Source: an uncultured Planctomycetales bacterium
Lineage (GTDB): Bacteria; Omnitrophota; Gorgyraeia; Gygaellales; Profunditerraquicolaceae
Reading direction: 5' to 3'
NCBI GenBank assembly: GCA_964542785.1
Contig: CAZIUK010000003.1
Location: 12,946-76,945, forward strand
DNA length: 64,000 bases
Part shown: in pieces, positions 47,001 to 55,735 of the stretch
Layout of the letters: every line of letters starts with the position of its first letter
Numbering within the stretch: the first letter of the stretch is position 1
The notes under the pieces: generated by a model
Told to the model about the DNA's origin: nothing
Database searches by the model: none
Seen by the model: only the letters and a program-made list of their open reading frames with translations
Program-made: the position numbers and the translations under genes

Positions 47001-50000
47001 ACCGGATCATTTAAGGTTTGTTTCTGATATACCTACTGCGGATGCCAAGCAGGTCTCTGTGCAGTTTAACCTGCCTCAGCTTGCTGCTGTTGACCGTTAT
47101 GATAATATACTTACTAATGACTACGGAGCTGCTGCTTATTCCGGGAATAAGGCTATAACCTATTCCTTAAGCGGTCAAAGAGACGCTCCCGACGGAAATG
47201 GGACAGATCTTTTTTATTCCGACAATGTAGCTTCGGCGAAGGTAAATTTTACTAACGGCCTCTCAACAAATGCCCTTAGCGCTAAGTTATACCGGGCGCA
47301 GAATACGGTTATATCCCCGGCGGATAGTAATCTTCCCAGCGAGAGTCTTCCTTCTAACGAGATTATTGTTAACCCGGCTACAGCGACAAAACTGGTCTTT
47401 AAACAGCAGCCTTCTGGCAGTGCGATAGTCAACTCTGCCTTTTTACAACAGCCGGTAGTAGCTATCCAGGATCATTACGGCAACCAGACTTTGGATATAT
47501 TCCCGATAAAGCTCTATGATTCTATCCGTTCGGAATTTCCTTATGCCGATGCTCCTGGAATTTTAACTTCTGACCACGAGGATAATACATTAAATGCCGT
47601 TGCAGGCGAGGCGTCTTTTAGCGGGGTTGAATATAATGCCTCAGGTGTAATATACCTGTATGCCCAAGGATTAGGCGCAGGCAGCAATGTTAACCCTGTT
47701 TTTTCAAATGAGATAACCCTGGCTACTTCCGTCACAACCATGGTTAAGGCCGCGGATACTCCTGTAGCTGACTTTAACCTAACTCCTACCAACGATACAT
47801 TGGAAAAGAAGTTTAAGGTTTTAAAGTTTAAGGTAACTGATGCCGGAGAAGATAAGACTCCTACATTGATCGATCAGATTAAAATAGCAGTATCCGGCAC
47901 CGGGGGTCATGCTTCTACAGATATTGCCTGGGCAGGTTTATATGTAGGAGAAGAAAAGGTGGCGGATGCTGCTTCTATAACAGATGACTTTATTACTTTT
48001 GGGCAGGAGCCTAACAGCGATTCTACTGCAGGTATCTACAGCGTGCCTGATAGTAGCTCTGTTGAATTTACCGTGTATATCCATATGAAGCCGGATAAGT
48101 TATCCGCCCTTGACGGCCAGTCGTATATCTTTACTACTGATGAAGATAGGGTAGGGGTTGACAGAGGGGCTTCTTCGCAAATGACGGCAAGCTCAGGCAG
48201 TATAGCCGCTGTTACCGGAACTATTAAAGTTGATATGACGCATCTTGAGATTGTAACTGAAGAAGGAGCCTCAACATTAACTGTCTCTGCTGGGGTGCCG
48301 GTAGAGCTGTTGGTGCGCGCTACCGACGCTAATAAGAACATAGATAGCGATTATAATGGTAGCCATACCTTAGTCTTCTCAGGGTTAAATAGTGTTGGTA
48401 CCCTTTACCCAAAGATAGAGAGTGTCCTTTTTGGCTATAATATAACTATTTCTTTTTCAGGAGGTATTTCTGCTTCTCAAGGAGTTACCCTTACTCCTTA
48501 TAAGAGCGAGGAAGGTATAATCGTTGTCCAGGAATCAGGAAAGTCTTACAGTCAGCATGGATTAACTGCCACGATTAATGCGGGTGCTGCCAGTAATATT
48601 GCCCTATTAAGCGGCAATAACCAATCTGGAAAGATAGCCGCGCCTCTACTCCAGGCTTTTGTGGTGGCAGTTACCGATGTTTATGGTAATGGTATTGGAT
48701 CTGGGACCGGGGTTGATTTTGCTATTCTTAGCCAGCCTGAAGGTGCAACAGGAGCTTTATTAAGCACTATTTCTGGTGTAACTGATGCTAATGGCCATGC
48801 CTTTACAACCCTGACTGTAGGTAGCCTTGCTGGTGATTATCAGGTGACTGCTTCTTCAGCGGGGTTATCTGGTTCACCGGTAACTTTTATCGCTACGGGT
48901 TTACTCCCTAGTGCAATTCAGCTTTTAAGCGGAGATAACCAGTCTAAACAGGTAGTTTCTGCATTAGATGACCCTCTGGTAGTTAAAATAGTTGATTCAA
49001 CAGGTATTCCTATTCCTCGTGAGAAAGTGGATTTTACTATATCTTCTTATCCTGAAGGCGCGGTTGGGCAAGCGCTCTTGTCAGGCTCAGTGGTAACTGA
49101 TGATAACGGCCAGGCACAGACCAGCTTTACTTTAGGAGATAAGGCAGGGGTTTACAAGGTAACTGTTAATTGCGGTTCGCTTACTGCGGTTGATTTTAAT
49201 TTTAATGCTACTGCCAGGGCTCCTTATCAGGTAGCCTTAAGAGGTCCGGTTTCAGTCAAGGCAGGGGAGGTCTCTACCAAATTTACCGTCTCCATAGAGG
49301 ATGAATACAATAATCCTTCTAATTTATCCCAGGCAACTGTATTTTCATTAACCAATAATCCTTCTCGGCCAAGCGGAATATTTTATTCAAATAGCGACGG
49401 GACGTTAGCAATTAATTCTCTGACTGTAGCTAAGGGTACGAATAGCGCCAGTTTTTACTATAAGGATACAATAACTGGCATGGCGAATATTACGGCAACC
49501 CGTACTAGCGGGCAGTCTTTAATCCAGGGAATATCAAGCCAGGAAGTTACGGTTATCCCTTCGGATGCCTATCGTTTTACTATTGTTGGCAATACTGATA
49601 CTATAGAGACAGGGGAAAGTAAAGTATTGACCATAACCGCTTATGATAATTTAGGCAATGTAAAGAGCGATTATACCGGGAATGTTAATGTTCTCTTCTC
49701 TGGGGCTAGTGCTTCCCCAGCTCCTTCATCAAAGAAAGCCACAGCTTCTAACCATCTAAGTCAGGATATTGAATTTGGAAAGACTACCAGCCTAAACTTT
49801 ATTAATGGTGTAGCTGTTTCAACCTTGAAGTTTTATAAAGTAGAGGATGTGAATATAAAGATAACCAGCGGTTCAATAGTTACTGCTGAAGAGGATAGTC
49901 TAAGCTTTACCGTCAGGCATGGTCAGGCAGATCACTTGAAATTCGGCGGGAATCTTCCTGCTTTGCAGGAGGCGGGGGTAGAGTTTGATTTTGAAACTAC

Positions 50001-53000
50001 GCTGCAAGCGGTTGACCTTTATGATAATATCTGCAACGGCCTTAATGGTTCTTCCGGATTCTCTGGTTCAAAGAAGGTTACCTGGAGTTTAAGCGGAGCT
50101 TCTGATGGACCTGAGGGGAATGTTATTGATGAGTTTGTCAGTCCTGTAGAGTTTAGCTTAGGGGTATCCACTACTACTTTAAGCGCAAAGCTCTACCGTG
50201 CACAGGATACCACCATTACCGCTGCTATTTCTGCTTTAATAGGGGTAAATGTTGCTTCGAATACAATTACAGTTGAGCCTGGGGCAGTAGCAAAGCTAAG
50301 GTTCTCTCAGGAGCCTGCGGCTTCTTCCATTACCAGTCAGGCTTTAGAGGTACAGCCTAAGGTTGCGGTAAGTGATCAGTATGGTAACCCTGTTTCTACT
50401 ACCTCGGCTAACGTAAGCATTGCTGCTTCAACTAGCAATGATTCATTTGTACCTGTGGTTAATGGAGTATTAAGCGCTATTGGAGGACTTACAGCATCTA
50501 CAGTTAACGGAGTAGCTTCTTTTAGCGGAGTAACCTATAATTATCCTGAGACTATTTACCTTCGCGCCACAGTCGCAGGGGTAAGCCTGGTGCCGGTATT
50601 CTCTTCAGGTATAACATTTAGTACCGCTCAGGAAACAGCTCTCTCTGTTACTACACCAGGGCCTACTGCTATTTCTTCTCTTGCCTATACTACTGCAGAC
50701 AGAGTTGGGGTGCTTAATTTTAGGGTTGTTGATGGGGGGACTGATGGTTTCTCCAGTAAGATACGCCAGGTGATTGTAAAGCGCAACACCTCTGATACTA
50801 CCGGCGGGTGGACAAATTACCTGCAGGGAGTCTATATTACCGATGGAGCAACGCAGGTGGTTGGGAGGATAGAGGATGATCAGATTATTTTTGGCTTGGG
50901 GGGAAATGATATTTATGATGTTACTAACGGCACGACTAAGAATTTTACTGTGAGCGTATTTTTGAAGAATCCGCTCCCCTTAGATTCAGATAATAAGGTT
51001 TTGGGTTTCAAGCTTGATCCGGCTACAGATATAGTATTTGGTTCACCTAGCTCTAGGCTTGTCTCTTCTTCTGTGATGAGTTCAACTCCAAAGATCTCGG
51101 TTGTGGCTACTGATTTTGCTATTTTTGGCTCTCCTACCATGAATGCCGGAGATACCCAGCCGATTACGCTTAAGGCCGTAGATATACTGGGCAATATTGA
51201 TAAGGATTATGTTGGAGAAAAAACTTTAGTTTTTAGCGGACCAAGTATAACGAGTAAAGGAAATGAGCCCATCGAGACGACCTCAAATATTCCTTTTGGT
51301 ACGGATACCCCGGTTTCTTTTACCAACGGCCAGAGCTCATCTACCGTCGGGATTAAACTCTTTAAAGCCGAAACTGCTTATGTTAAGGCAGCCGATATTT
51401 CTGCGGGGATAACTACTCCTAATCAGAAAGCCTTGATTGTTACGGTTTACGGCGGAGCTGCCACGGGTTTAAGTTGGCTTACCCAGCCGGTGGGCGTAGT
51501 TGTCGAAAATGCCCCGTGGAAAGAGTTTAGTATTTCAGTTACCGATGCTTATGGCAATACCTCATCCAGCAGTACTGAGGTAACCGTAGCTCCTTCTAAC
51601 GGCAGTATCTCTACAGGTTCGCAGGCAACAGTTACCGCTCAATCGGGAATAGCCACATTCTATAATTTTGCGGTAAATGGTCTTAATGATGAAGAGAAGA
51701 TCACTTTAAGCGCATCAGCAAGCGGGGTAGCCGGTACCGGTCCTTCCAATGAAGTGCAGGTATTTAAGGTTTATAAGGTAACGGTCTTTGTAAAAGATTA
51801 TACTAGCGCTAGTAATCTTACTGAATGCGCTTTGGATGCCACATCTAACGGAGTAGTCGTAGATGGTTTTCCAAAGACAGGCAACAGCCCGTTTACTTTT
51901 AACTTGCCCTACGGGACGTATACCTTCCGGGTCTCTAAGGAAAAATATGTTGATGAAAACACCGAAAAGACAGCTGGTGTTGCCGCGGATTACCTGGACG
52001 GAGTATATGATGCAAAGATTACCTGGTCTTTGACTGCTACAAGTTTAGTTGAGGCTACTGCTGATTATAAAGCACAGAGCGCTTTTGTTTATGATGAAAG
52101 TACTGACAAGCTTTCTATCCGCGTCTGGCTGGAGAAGCGCGGGAAGATGGTAGTTAATGATGATGTTAATATTTTAGGTAATGCGGTTGTAGATATCTAT
52201 AATGATTCTACCGGGGGATGGCTTAAGTCAATTACCTTAGAGCCTCCTGCTGCGTCTAATACTGTAAATGGAGTTTATTTTAAGGAGATACCTAATGTAG
52301 TTTCTGTTGACGATGATTTTAACCTTGTTGCAGGCAAGACCTATTTTGCCCGTGTTGTCATTAATTATGGTGGGCTTACTGGTACAGGCAGAAGTTATGA
52401 AGGAGGAGCGACCTTTAGTGTTACTATAAACGAGAATCTGCGCGCAGTTACTAATTCTATTCAGACGGTTGCTACTAATATCGCCGGGCAGACTGCGGCA
52501 ATTCAAAAGACGATAAAGGATGAGATAGAAGGCCAGATTACTAGTGTTGTTGTGCCTAAGATTACTGATGTAAAGACTGAGACATCTAAGATTCTTTCTG
52601 CCACAGGCACAGAGTCTTTGCAGGATAAGATTGCCGAGGTAAAAACACAGGTAGTCCAGGAGGTTCAGCCGCATATTAAATCCGGTATATTAAATGGAGA
52701 GACTGCGGTAAGAACTGGCTCTAAACTAGCTGTTCGTTATCGAACTGATTCTGGACTTTCTCCAACGATATCCGTATATAGCCCCAAGAACAATCTTCTT
52801 ATCTCCGACAGGGCTATGGCAGAGATAGGGATAACGGGAATCTATGAGTATAATGTAACATTTTTACCGGCTTGGGGGAGGGGATCCTTTACTATTGTTT
52901 GTTCAGAGCCGGTAAAAGGAACAGCTGATGCCTTTGTGCTTAAGGTAAGTGATTCGGATATAGAGGATATATCAAGTAGTGTCTCTGCTGTTTTAGGTAG

Positions 53001-53370
53001 CACCTCTGGCATTACCAACCTTAAGAAAGTAACCGAAACCTTAAACGCGCAGTTTAGTGATATGGATAAGGCTATTGCCCAAATCAGCAAGAATATTACT
53101 GGAAAGGTTGAAGAGGTAAAAGGGGCTGCCGTTGAACTTGCCGGCGTATTTAAGCAGCTTGAGGATATGAGTAATACCATTAAGAGCTTAGGAGGGACAG
53201 CCGGTATAAATATTGATAAGATTTACGAGGTATCTAAAGATAAGCAGGAGGATATTAGTTATATTAAGAATAAGAGCGAAGAGCTTAAGGCGGCGATGGA
53301 GCTTAACCAAAAGATGATAGAGAATGTTGCTAAGAAGCCAGTAGTTCAAACCTGGTTTGAATTCAAGTAA
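44023..53370 (+). CDS. Giant (3115-aa) secreted adhesin/S-layer-like protein built of repeated beta-sandwich modules, with a coiled-coil-like C-terminus
   Basis: It is a single uninterrupted ORF with a signal peptide (MKKILKVLLIGGLALWGYF). It contains diverged internal module repeats plus one near-identical 643-aa tandem duplication. Confidence 0.6.
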   Translation: MKKILKVLLIGGLALWGYFESASLALGANLSISSASDQTFISEEAPKDAQAITITDVSGSGIIVSSGLRILIPDSFGMQWHGAMLRDDSVTDTSNADFSVIAAQIISAGVTLESSDAGATGSVEVNFTSINSIPADAKIVITFPDNFVFNSKSPTLASSATMSGDFSVSITGQVITVTRNSTSASSAGSHLITLTNIKNPIRPGTTGAYSLKIQTLAGFDIDVNNDLAASTIVPAATSRITLNSPDDMTAGAARAAYTLTRYDEYGNLSTQEEEVFDISTTSTGDNAVFYNDATASEAGNIITSITIPQGSSSVNFWYDDTKMGAYTIAAIKSDQPEITVSDGINVKHAEPDHLRFVSDIPTADAKQVSVQFNLPQLAAVDRYDNILTNDYGAAAYSGNKAITYSLSGQRDAPDGNGTDLFYSDNVASAKVNFTNGLSTNALSAKLYRAQNTVISPADSNLPSESLPSNEIIVNPATATKLVFKQQPSGSAIVNSAFLQQPVVAIQDHYGNQTLDIFPIKLYDSIRSEFPYADAPGILTSDHEDNTLNAVAGEASFSGVEYNASGVIYLYAQGLGAGSNVNPVFSNEITLATSVTTMVKAADTPVADFNLTPTNDTLEKKFKVLKFKVTDAGEDKTPTLIDQIKIAVSGTGGHASTDIAWAGLYVGEEKVADAASITDDFITFGQEPNSDSTAGIYSVPDSSSVEFTVYIHMKPDKLSALDGQSYIFTTDEDRVGVDRGASSQMTASSGSIAAVTGTIKVDMTHLEIVTEEGASTLTVSAGVPVELLVRATDANKNIDSDYNGSHTLVFSGLNSVGTLYPKIESVLFGYNITISFSGGISASQGVTLTPYKSEEGIIVVQESGKSYSQHGLTATIVPAATSRITLNSPDDMTAGAARAAYTLTRYDEYGNLSTQEEEVFDISTTSTGDNAVFYNDATASEAGNIITSITIPQGSSSVNFWYDDTKMGAYTIAAIKSDQPEITVSDGINVKHAEPDHLRFVSDIPTADAKQVSVQFNLPQLAAVDRYDNILTNDYGAAAYSGNKAITYSLSGQRDAPDGNGTDLFYSDNVASAKVNFTNGLSTNALSAKLYRAQNTVISPADSNLPSESLPSNEIIVNPATATKLVFKQQPSGSAIVNSAFLQQPVVAIQDHYGNQTLDIFPIKLYDSIRSEFPYADAPGILTSDHEDNTLNAVAGEASFSGVEYNASGVIYLYAQGLGAGSNVNPVFSNEITLATSVTTMVKAADTPVADFNLTPTNDTLEKKFKVLKFKVTDAGEDKTPTLIDQIKIAVSGTGGHASTDIAWAGLYVGEEKVADAASITDDFITFGQEPNSDSTAGIYSVPDSSSVEFTVYIHMKPDKLSALDGQSYIFTTDEDRVGVDRGASSQMTASSGSIAAVTGTIKVDMTHLEIVTEEGASTLTVSAGVPVELLVRATDANKNIDSDYNGSHTLVFSGLNSVGTLYPKIESVLFGYNITISFSGGISASQGVTLTPYKSEEGIIVVQESGKSYSQHGLTATINAGAASNIALLSGNNQSGKIAAPLLQAFVVAVTDVYGNGIGSGTGVDFAILSQPEGATGALLSTISGVTDANGHAFTTLTVGSLAGDYQVTASSAGLSGSPVTFIATGLLPSAIQLLSGDNQSKQVVSALDDPLVVKIVDSTGIPIPREKVDFTISSYPEGAVGQALLSGSVVTDDNGQAQTSFTLGDKAGVYKVTVNCGSLTAVDFNFNATARAPYQVALRGPVSVKAGEVSTKFTVSIEDEYNNPSNLSQATVFSLTNNPSRPSGIFYSNSDGTLAINSLTVAKGTNSASFYYKDTITGMANITATRTSGQSLIQGISSQEVTVIPSDAYRFTIVGNTDTIETGESKVLTITAYDNLGNVKSDYTGNVNVLFSGASASPAPSSKKATASNHLSQDIEFGKTTSLNFINGVAVSTLKFYKVEDVNIKITSGSIVTAEEDSLSFTVRHGQADHLKFGGNLPALQEAGVEFDFETTLQAVDLYDNICNGLNGSSGFSGSKKVTWSLSGASDGPEGNVIDEFVSPVEFSLGVSTTTLSAKLYRAQDTTITAAISALIGVNVASNTITVEPGAVAKLRFSQEPAASSITSQALEVQPKVAVSDQYGNPVSTTSANVSIAASTSNDSFVPVVNGVLSAIGGLTASTVNGVASFSGVTYNYPETIYLRATVAGVSLVPVFSSGITFSTAQETALSVTTPGPTAISSLAYTTADRVGVLNFRVVDGGTDGFSSKIRQVIVKRNTSDTTGGWTNYLQGVYITDGATQVVGRIEDDQIIFGLGGNDIYDVTNGTTKNFTVSVFLKNPLPLDSDNKVLGFKLDPATDIVFGSPSSRLVSSSVMSSTPKISVVATDFAIFGSPTMNAGDTQPITLKAVDILGNIDKDYVGEKTLVFSGPSITSKGNEPIETTSNIPFGTDTPVSFTNGQSSSTVGIKLFKAETAYVKAADISAGITTPNQKALIVTVYGGAATGLSWLTQPVGVVVENAPWKEFSISVTDAYGNTSSSSTEVTVAPSNGSISTGSQATVTAQSGIATFYNFAVNGLNDEEKITLSASASGVAGTGPSNEVQVFKVYKVTVFVKDYTSASNLTECALDATSNGVVVDGFPKTGNSPFTFNLPYGTYTFRVSKEKYVDENTEKTAGVAADYLDGVYDAKITWSLTATSLVEATADYKAQSAFVYDESTDKLSIRVWLEKRGKMVVNDDVNILGNAVVDIYNDSTGGWLKSITLEPPAASNTVNGVYFKEIPNVVSVDDDFNLVAGKTYFARVVINYGGLTGTGRSYEGGATFSVTINENLRAVTNSIQTVATNIAGQTAAIQKTIKDEIEGQITSVVVPKITDVKTETSKILSATGTESLQDKIAEVKTQVVQEVQPHIKSGILNGETAVRTGSKLAVRYRTDSGLSPTISVYSPKNNLLISDRAMAEIGITGIYEYNVTFLPAWGRGSFTIVCSEPVKGTADAFVLKVSDSDIEDISSSVSAVLGSTSGITNLKKVTETLNAQFSDMDKAIAQISKNITGKVEEVKGAAVELAGVFKQLEDMSNTIKSLGGTAGINIDKIYEVSKDKQEDISYIKNKSEELKAAMELNQKMIENVAKKPVVQTWFEFK
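44711..48568 (+). repeat. Near-perfect tandem duplication, 2 x 1929 bp (643 codons, in frame), inside the giant gene
   Basis: Copy 1 is 44711-46639 and copy 2 is 46640-48568. The 8-bp junction homology ccacgatt repeats at 48569-48576. The only difference I noticed is a vs g at 44729/46658, which is synonymous. Shadow ORFs at 1929-bp offsets confirm the identity. Confidence 0.85.
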
Positions 53371-53390
53371 AAATAATGATAATGGATAAT

Positions 53391-53449
53391 GGGGACAGCG
53401 ACTTTTTTGATAAAAAGTCGCTGTCCCCCTAGAAAAAGTCGCTGTCCCC
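53391..53449. repeat. REP-like triplet: GGGGACAGCGAC-tttttgataaaaa-GTCGCTGTCCCC-ctagaaaaa-GTCGCTGTCCCC
   Basis: It starts 20 bp after the giant-gene stop. The first pair forms a hairpin and probably acts as a terminator or mRNA stabiliser. Confidence 0.8.
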
Positions 53450-53495
53450 TTTAAAAGGGTGACATATTTGAAAAATATGGTAAAATAAAATCAAG

Positions 53496-54200
53496 ATGAT
53501 AAAAATACTATTGAAGGGTAGGTTTAATTTTATTCTAATTATCTTTATTGCGTTATTTCTTTTTTTTGTTCCTGCGGAAGCTGGCATTACTATGCGCCTT
53601 ATGGCAGTAAACCCGGCTGATTCAGAGCAAACCGTTCCGATAAAGGTTTATCTTCCTGTAGAAGTCAAGCCCGAAGATATAATATATAAAGACGATTTAG
53701 ATGTAGCTTATGATACCCAGCAGGGAAGTTATTATGTTTTTGGAGAATTCCTCTTAGCCCCTAAAGAGGTATTAGAGAAAGAAATAGAGATAAAGGATAT
53801 CTGGGTTATAGATTTAAGCGAGGTTGAAATGTTACGCTTAGAGGCTAAGGATATGCTGAAGTCTTTTAAGAAGACAAAGTATTATGAACGCGCCCAGCTT
53901 ATTTATAATGGGATAGATAAAAAGCTTAAAGAGGTAGAAGAGGAGCAAGATTTGTCTTCTGCCAGCCCTGCTTATAAGATTTCAAATTATAGAAATTCTT
54001 TAAGTTTGATTGATTCTGTCAAGGCCGATCTTGTCTCAGCTAAAACCCTTTTATCTGAGGCTTTACCTAAAGGTATGGCTAAGCTTACTTGGGGAGTTAT
54101 TTTGTTTATTGTGCTTTTTTTAGGGGTTTTAGGGGGAGGATCTTTTTTTATTTGGCAACACCAGTCAAGGCTTGAATCTGAAGAGAAGACCAAGGAGTAA
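53496..54200 (+). CDS. Membrane protein of unknown function, with an N-terminal signal/TM segment and a C-terminal TM anchor
   Basis: The N-terminus reads FILIIFIALFLFFVPAEA and the C-terminus reads LTWGVILFIVLFLGVLGGGSFFIW. Confidence 0.4.
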   Translation: MIKILLKGRFNFILIIFIALFLFFVPAEAGITMRLMAVNPADSEQTVPIKVYLPVEVKPEDIIYKDDLDVAYDTQQGSYYVFGEFLLAPKEVLEKEIEIKDIWVIDLSEVEMLRLEAKDMLKSFKKTKYYERAQLIYNGIDKKLKEVEEEQDLSSASPAYKISNYRNSLSLIDSVKADLVSAKTLLSEALPKGMAKLTWGVILFIVLFLGVLGGGSFFIWQHQSRLESEEKTKE

Positions 54201-54266
54201 ATAAAATAAATACAAATATTATCAGGACAGATAGGGCAAGCCCTTTTAATACCTAAACGTTAATTA

Positions 54267-55046
54267 ATGAAAAGGGAATTTGTTATTTTATTAGTAATTT
54301 TATTTTTTTTTGTGCATAGTTTAGGCGCGCAGGCTTCAGAAGGGCTTTGGAATACTGAAAAGACTCAGCATTTTATAATATATTACCAGTCTGCCCAGGC
54401 AAGTTTTATTCGGGATTTGGCTTATGCCGCTGAAAGGTATTATAACAGCATTATTGATGAGCTTGGTTTTAGGCGTATGGATTTTTGGAGTTGGGATAAC
54501 CGGGCTAAAATCTATATATACAATGGATTTGAAGATTATAAAAAAGAGGCTGACCGTAAAGATTGGTCTGGTGCGGTTGTTTTTGTGGATACCCGTACTA
54601 TTAAAAGTTTTTTAGGGCAGTTTGATTTTTTTGATTCTATCCTTCCGCATGAGATGACCCATATAATATTCAGGGAATTTGTGGGTAGAGAAGCAATCCT
54701 TCCTTTGTGTATAGATGAAGGAGTTGCAAGCTCTCAGGAGAAAGGCCATTTGCATGAGAGGTTATCTTTGATAAAGAAACTTATTTTGCAGGGAAAATAT
54801 ATGCATTTTGATAAATTATTCAATATCTACCAGGCTAAGGGTATAAGCCCTCAGGAGTTTTATGCCCAGTCAGCCTCGCTCGTTGTTTTTTTAATAAAAC
54901 AATATGGAAGAGAACGTTTTGTTGATTTTAGCCGTAAATTAAGGGACGGAATGCTTTGGGATAAGGCTTTATTAAGCGTATATAAGTTTAAGAGCTTTGC
55001 AGATATGGAGAATGAGTGGAAAGATTTTATTTTGAGAAATTTCTGA
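54267..55046 (+). CDS. Secreted putative zinc-metallopeptidase-like protein (HExxH)
   Basis: It has a signal peptide. ILPHEMTHIIF is the only HExxH in the protein. Its length is 259 aa. Confidence 0.4.
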   Translation: MKREFVILLVILFFFVHSLGAQASEGLWNTEKTQHFIIYYQSAQASFIRDLAYAAERYYNSIIDELGFRRMDFWSWDNRAKIYIYNGFEDYKKEADRKDWSGAVVFVDTRTIKSFLGQFDFFDSILPHEMTHIIFREFVGREAILPLCIDEGVASSQEKGHLHERLSLIKKLILQGKYMHFDKLFNIYQAKGISPQEFYAQSASLVVFLIKQYGRERFVDFSRKLRDGMLWDKALLSVYKFKSFADMENEWKDFILRNF

Positions 55047-55075
55047 AATACTGCTATAATAAACAGTGATATAGT

Positions 55076-55087
55076 GGGGACAGCGAC
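55076..55087 (+). repeat. REP-like single copy GGGGACAGCGAC (left flank of the RayT remnant)
   Basis: It is an exact 12-mer in forward orientation. Its partner at 55700 is in reverse orientation. Confidence 0.75.
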
Positions 55088-55213
55088 TTTTTGACTTTTT
55101 ATTTTTAGCTCTTTGATAATTTTTACTTAAATTTTTAAGTTAGATTTCCTTCCTTGCCGCGTCTATTGATAGTGAAGGTGATAGATGATATAGGGCCTAA
55201 AAGGAAGGGGTGG

Positions 55214-55650
55214 TATGGGGAGAATAGCCAGAATAGTAGGAGTAGGGTTGCCGCACCATATTACACAGAGAAGGAATTACCAATAATGTTGCTCATATGC
55301 GTTATTCGCAGTATTTTAATAATAAATTAAACCAGCGAGGGCATCTTTGGCAGGGAAGATTTTATTCTTGTATTTTGTCGCAAGCGCACCTTATGCTTGC
55401 TGCTTGCTATATAGAGCGTAATCCTGTACGCGCGGGTTTAGTAGATCAGCCATGGCATTGGCAATGGTCAAGTGCTGCCAGCCATACAAACCGTAAGATT
55501 GATGAGTTGGTTAATTCTGATGAGTTGTTAAAGCTTGTAGGTATGTCAAGCTCTTCTTGGGAGAAATATATAGAAACAAAGGAAGAAGAGAGTTTTTTGC
55601 AGGATATAAGGAAACATACTTTTACCAGTCGTTCTTTTGGCGTGGTTTAG
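55214..55650 (+). pseudogene. Decayed RayT / IS200-IS605-family HUH Y1 tyrosine-transposase (REP-associated transposase) remnant
   Basis: ATG 55214 encodes MGRIARIVGVGLPHHITQRRNYQ*, which matches the conserved N-terminal ...HH(V/I)TQRGN block. A frame change follows, and ORF 55297-55650 encodes ...NQRGHLWQGRFYSCIL...YIERNPVRAGLV...WQWSSAASH, the conserved C-terminal GxLWQxRFxS / YIxxNPVxAGLV / WSS blocks. The central HuH (HVHLL) segment is missing. Confidence 0.65.
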
Positions 55651-55699
55651 GTTATTTTAAGGAGCAGGTCTAAGAAGGATAGGGTTGGGTTAAAAAAAA

Positions 55700-55711
55700 G
55701 TCGCTGTCCCC
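55700..55711 (-). repeat. REP-like single copy GTCGCTGTCCCC (right flank of the RayT remnant)
   Basis: It is an exact 12-mer in reverse orientation, preceded by A8. It lies 24 bp upstream of the GGDEF gene. Confidence 0.75.
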
Positions 55712-55735
55712 GTTTTAGTATGGAGGTTATTTAAG

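Noticed and set aside
44624-48341. Paired minus-strand ORFs repeated at a 1929-bp offset (e.g. 44849..45055 = 46778..46984, 45285..45503 = 47214..47432).
   Set aside because: These are not genes. They are shadow ORFs that simply reflect the tandem duplication in the giant + strand gene.
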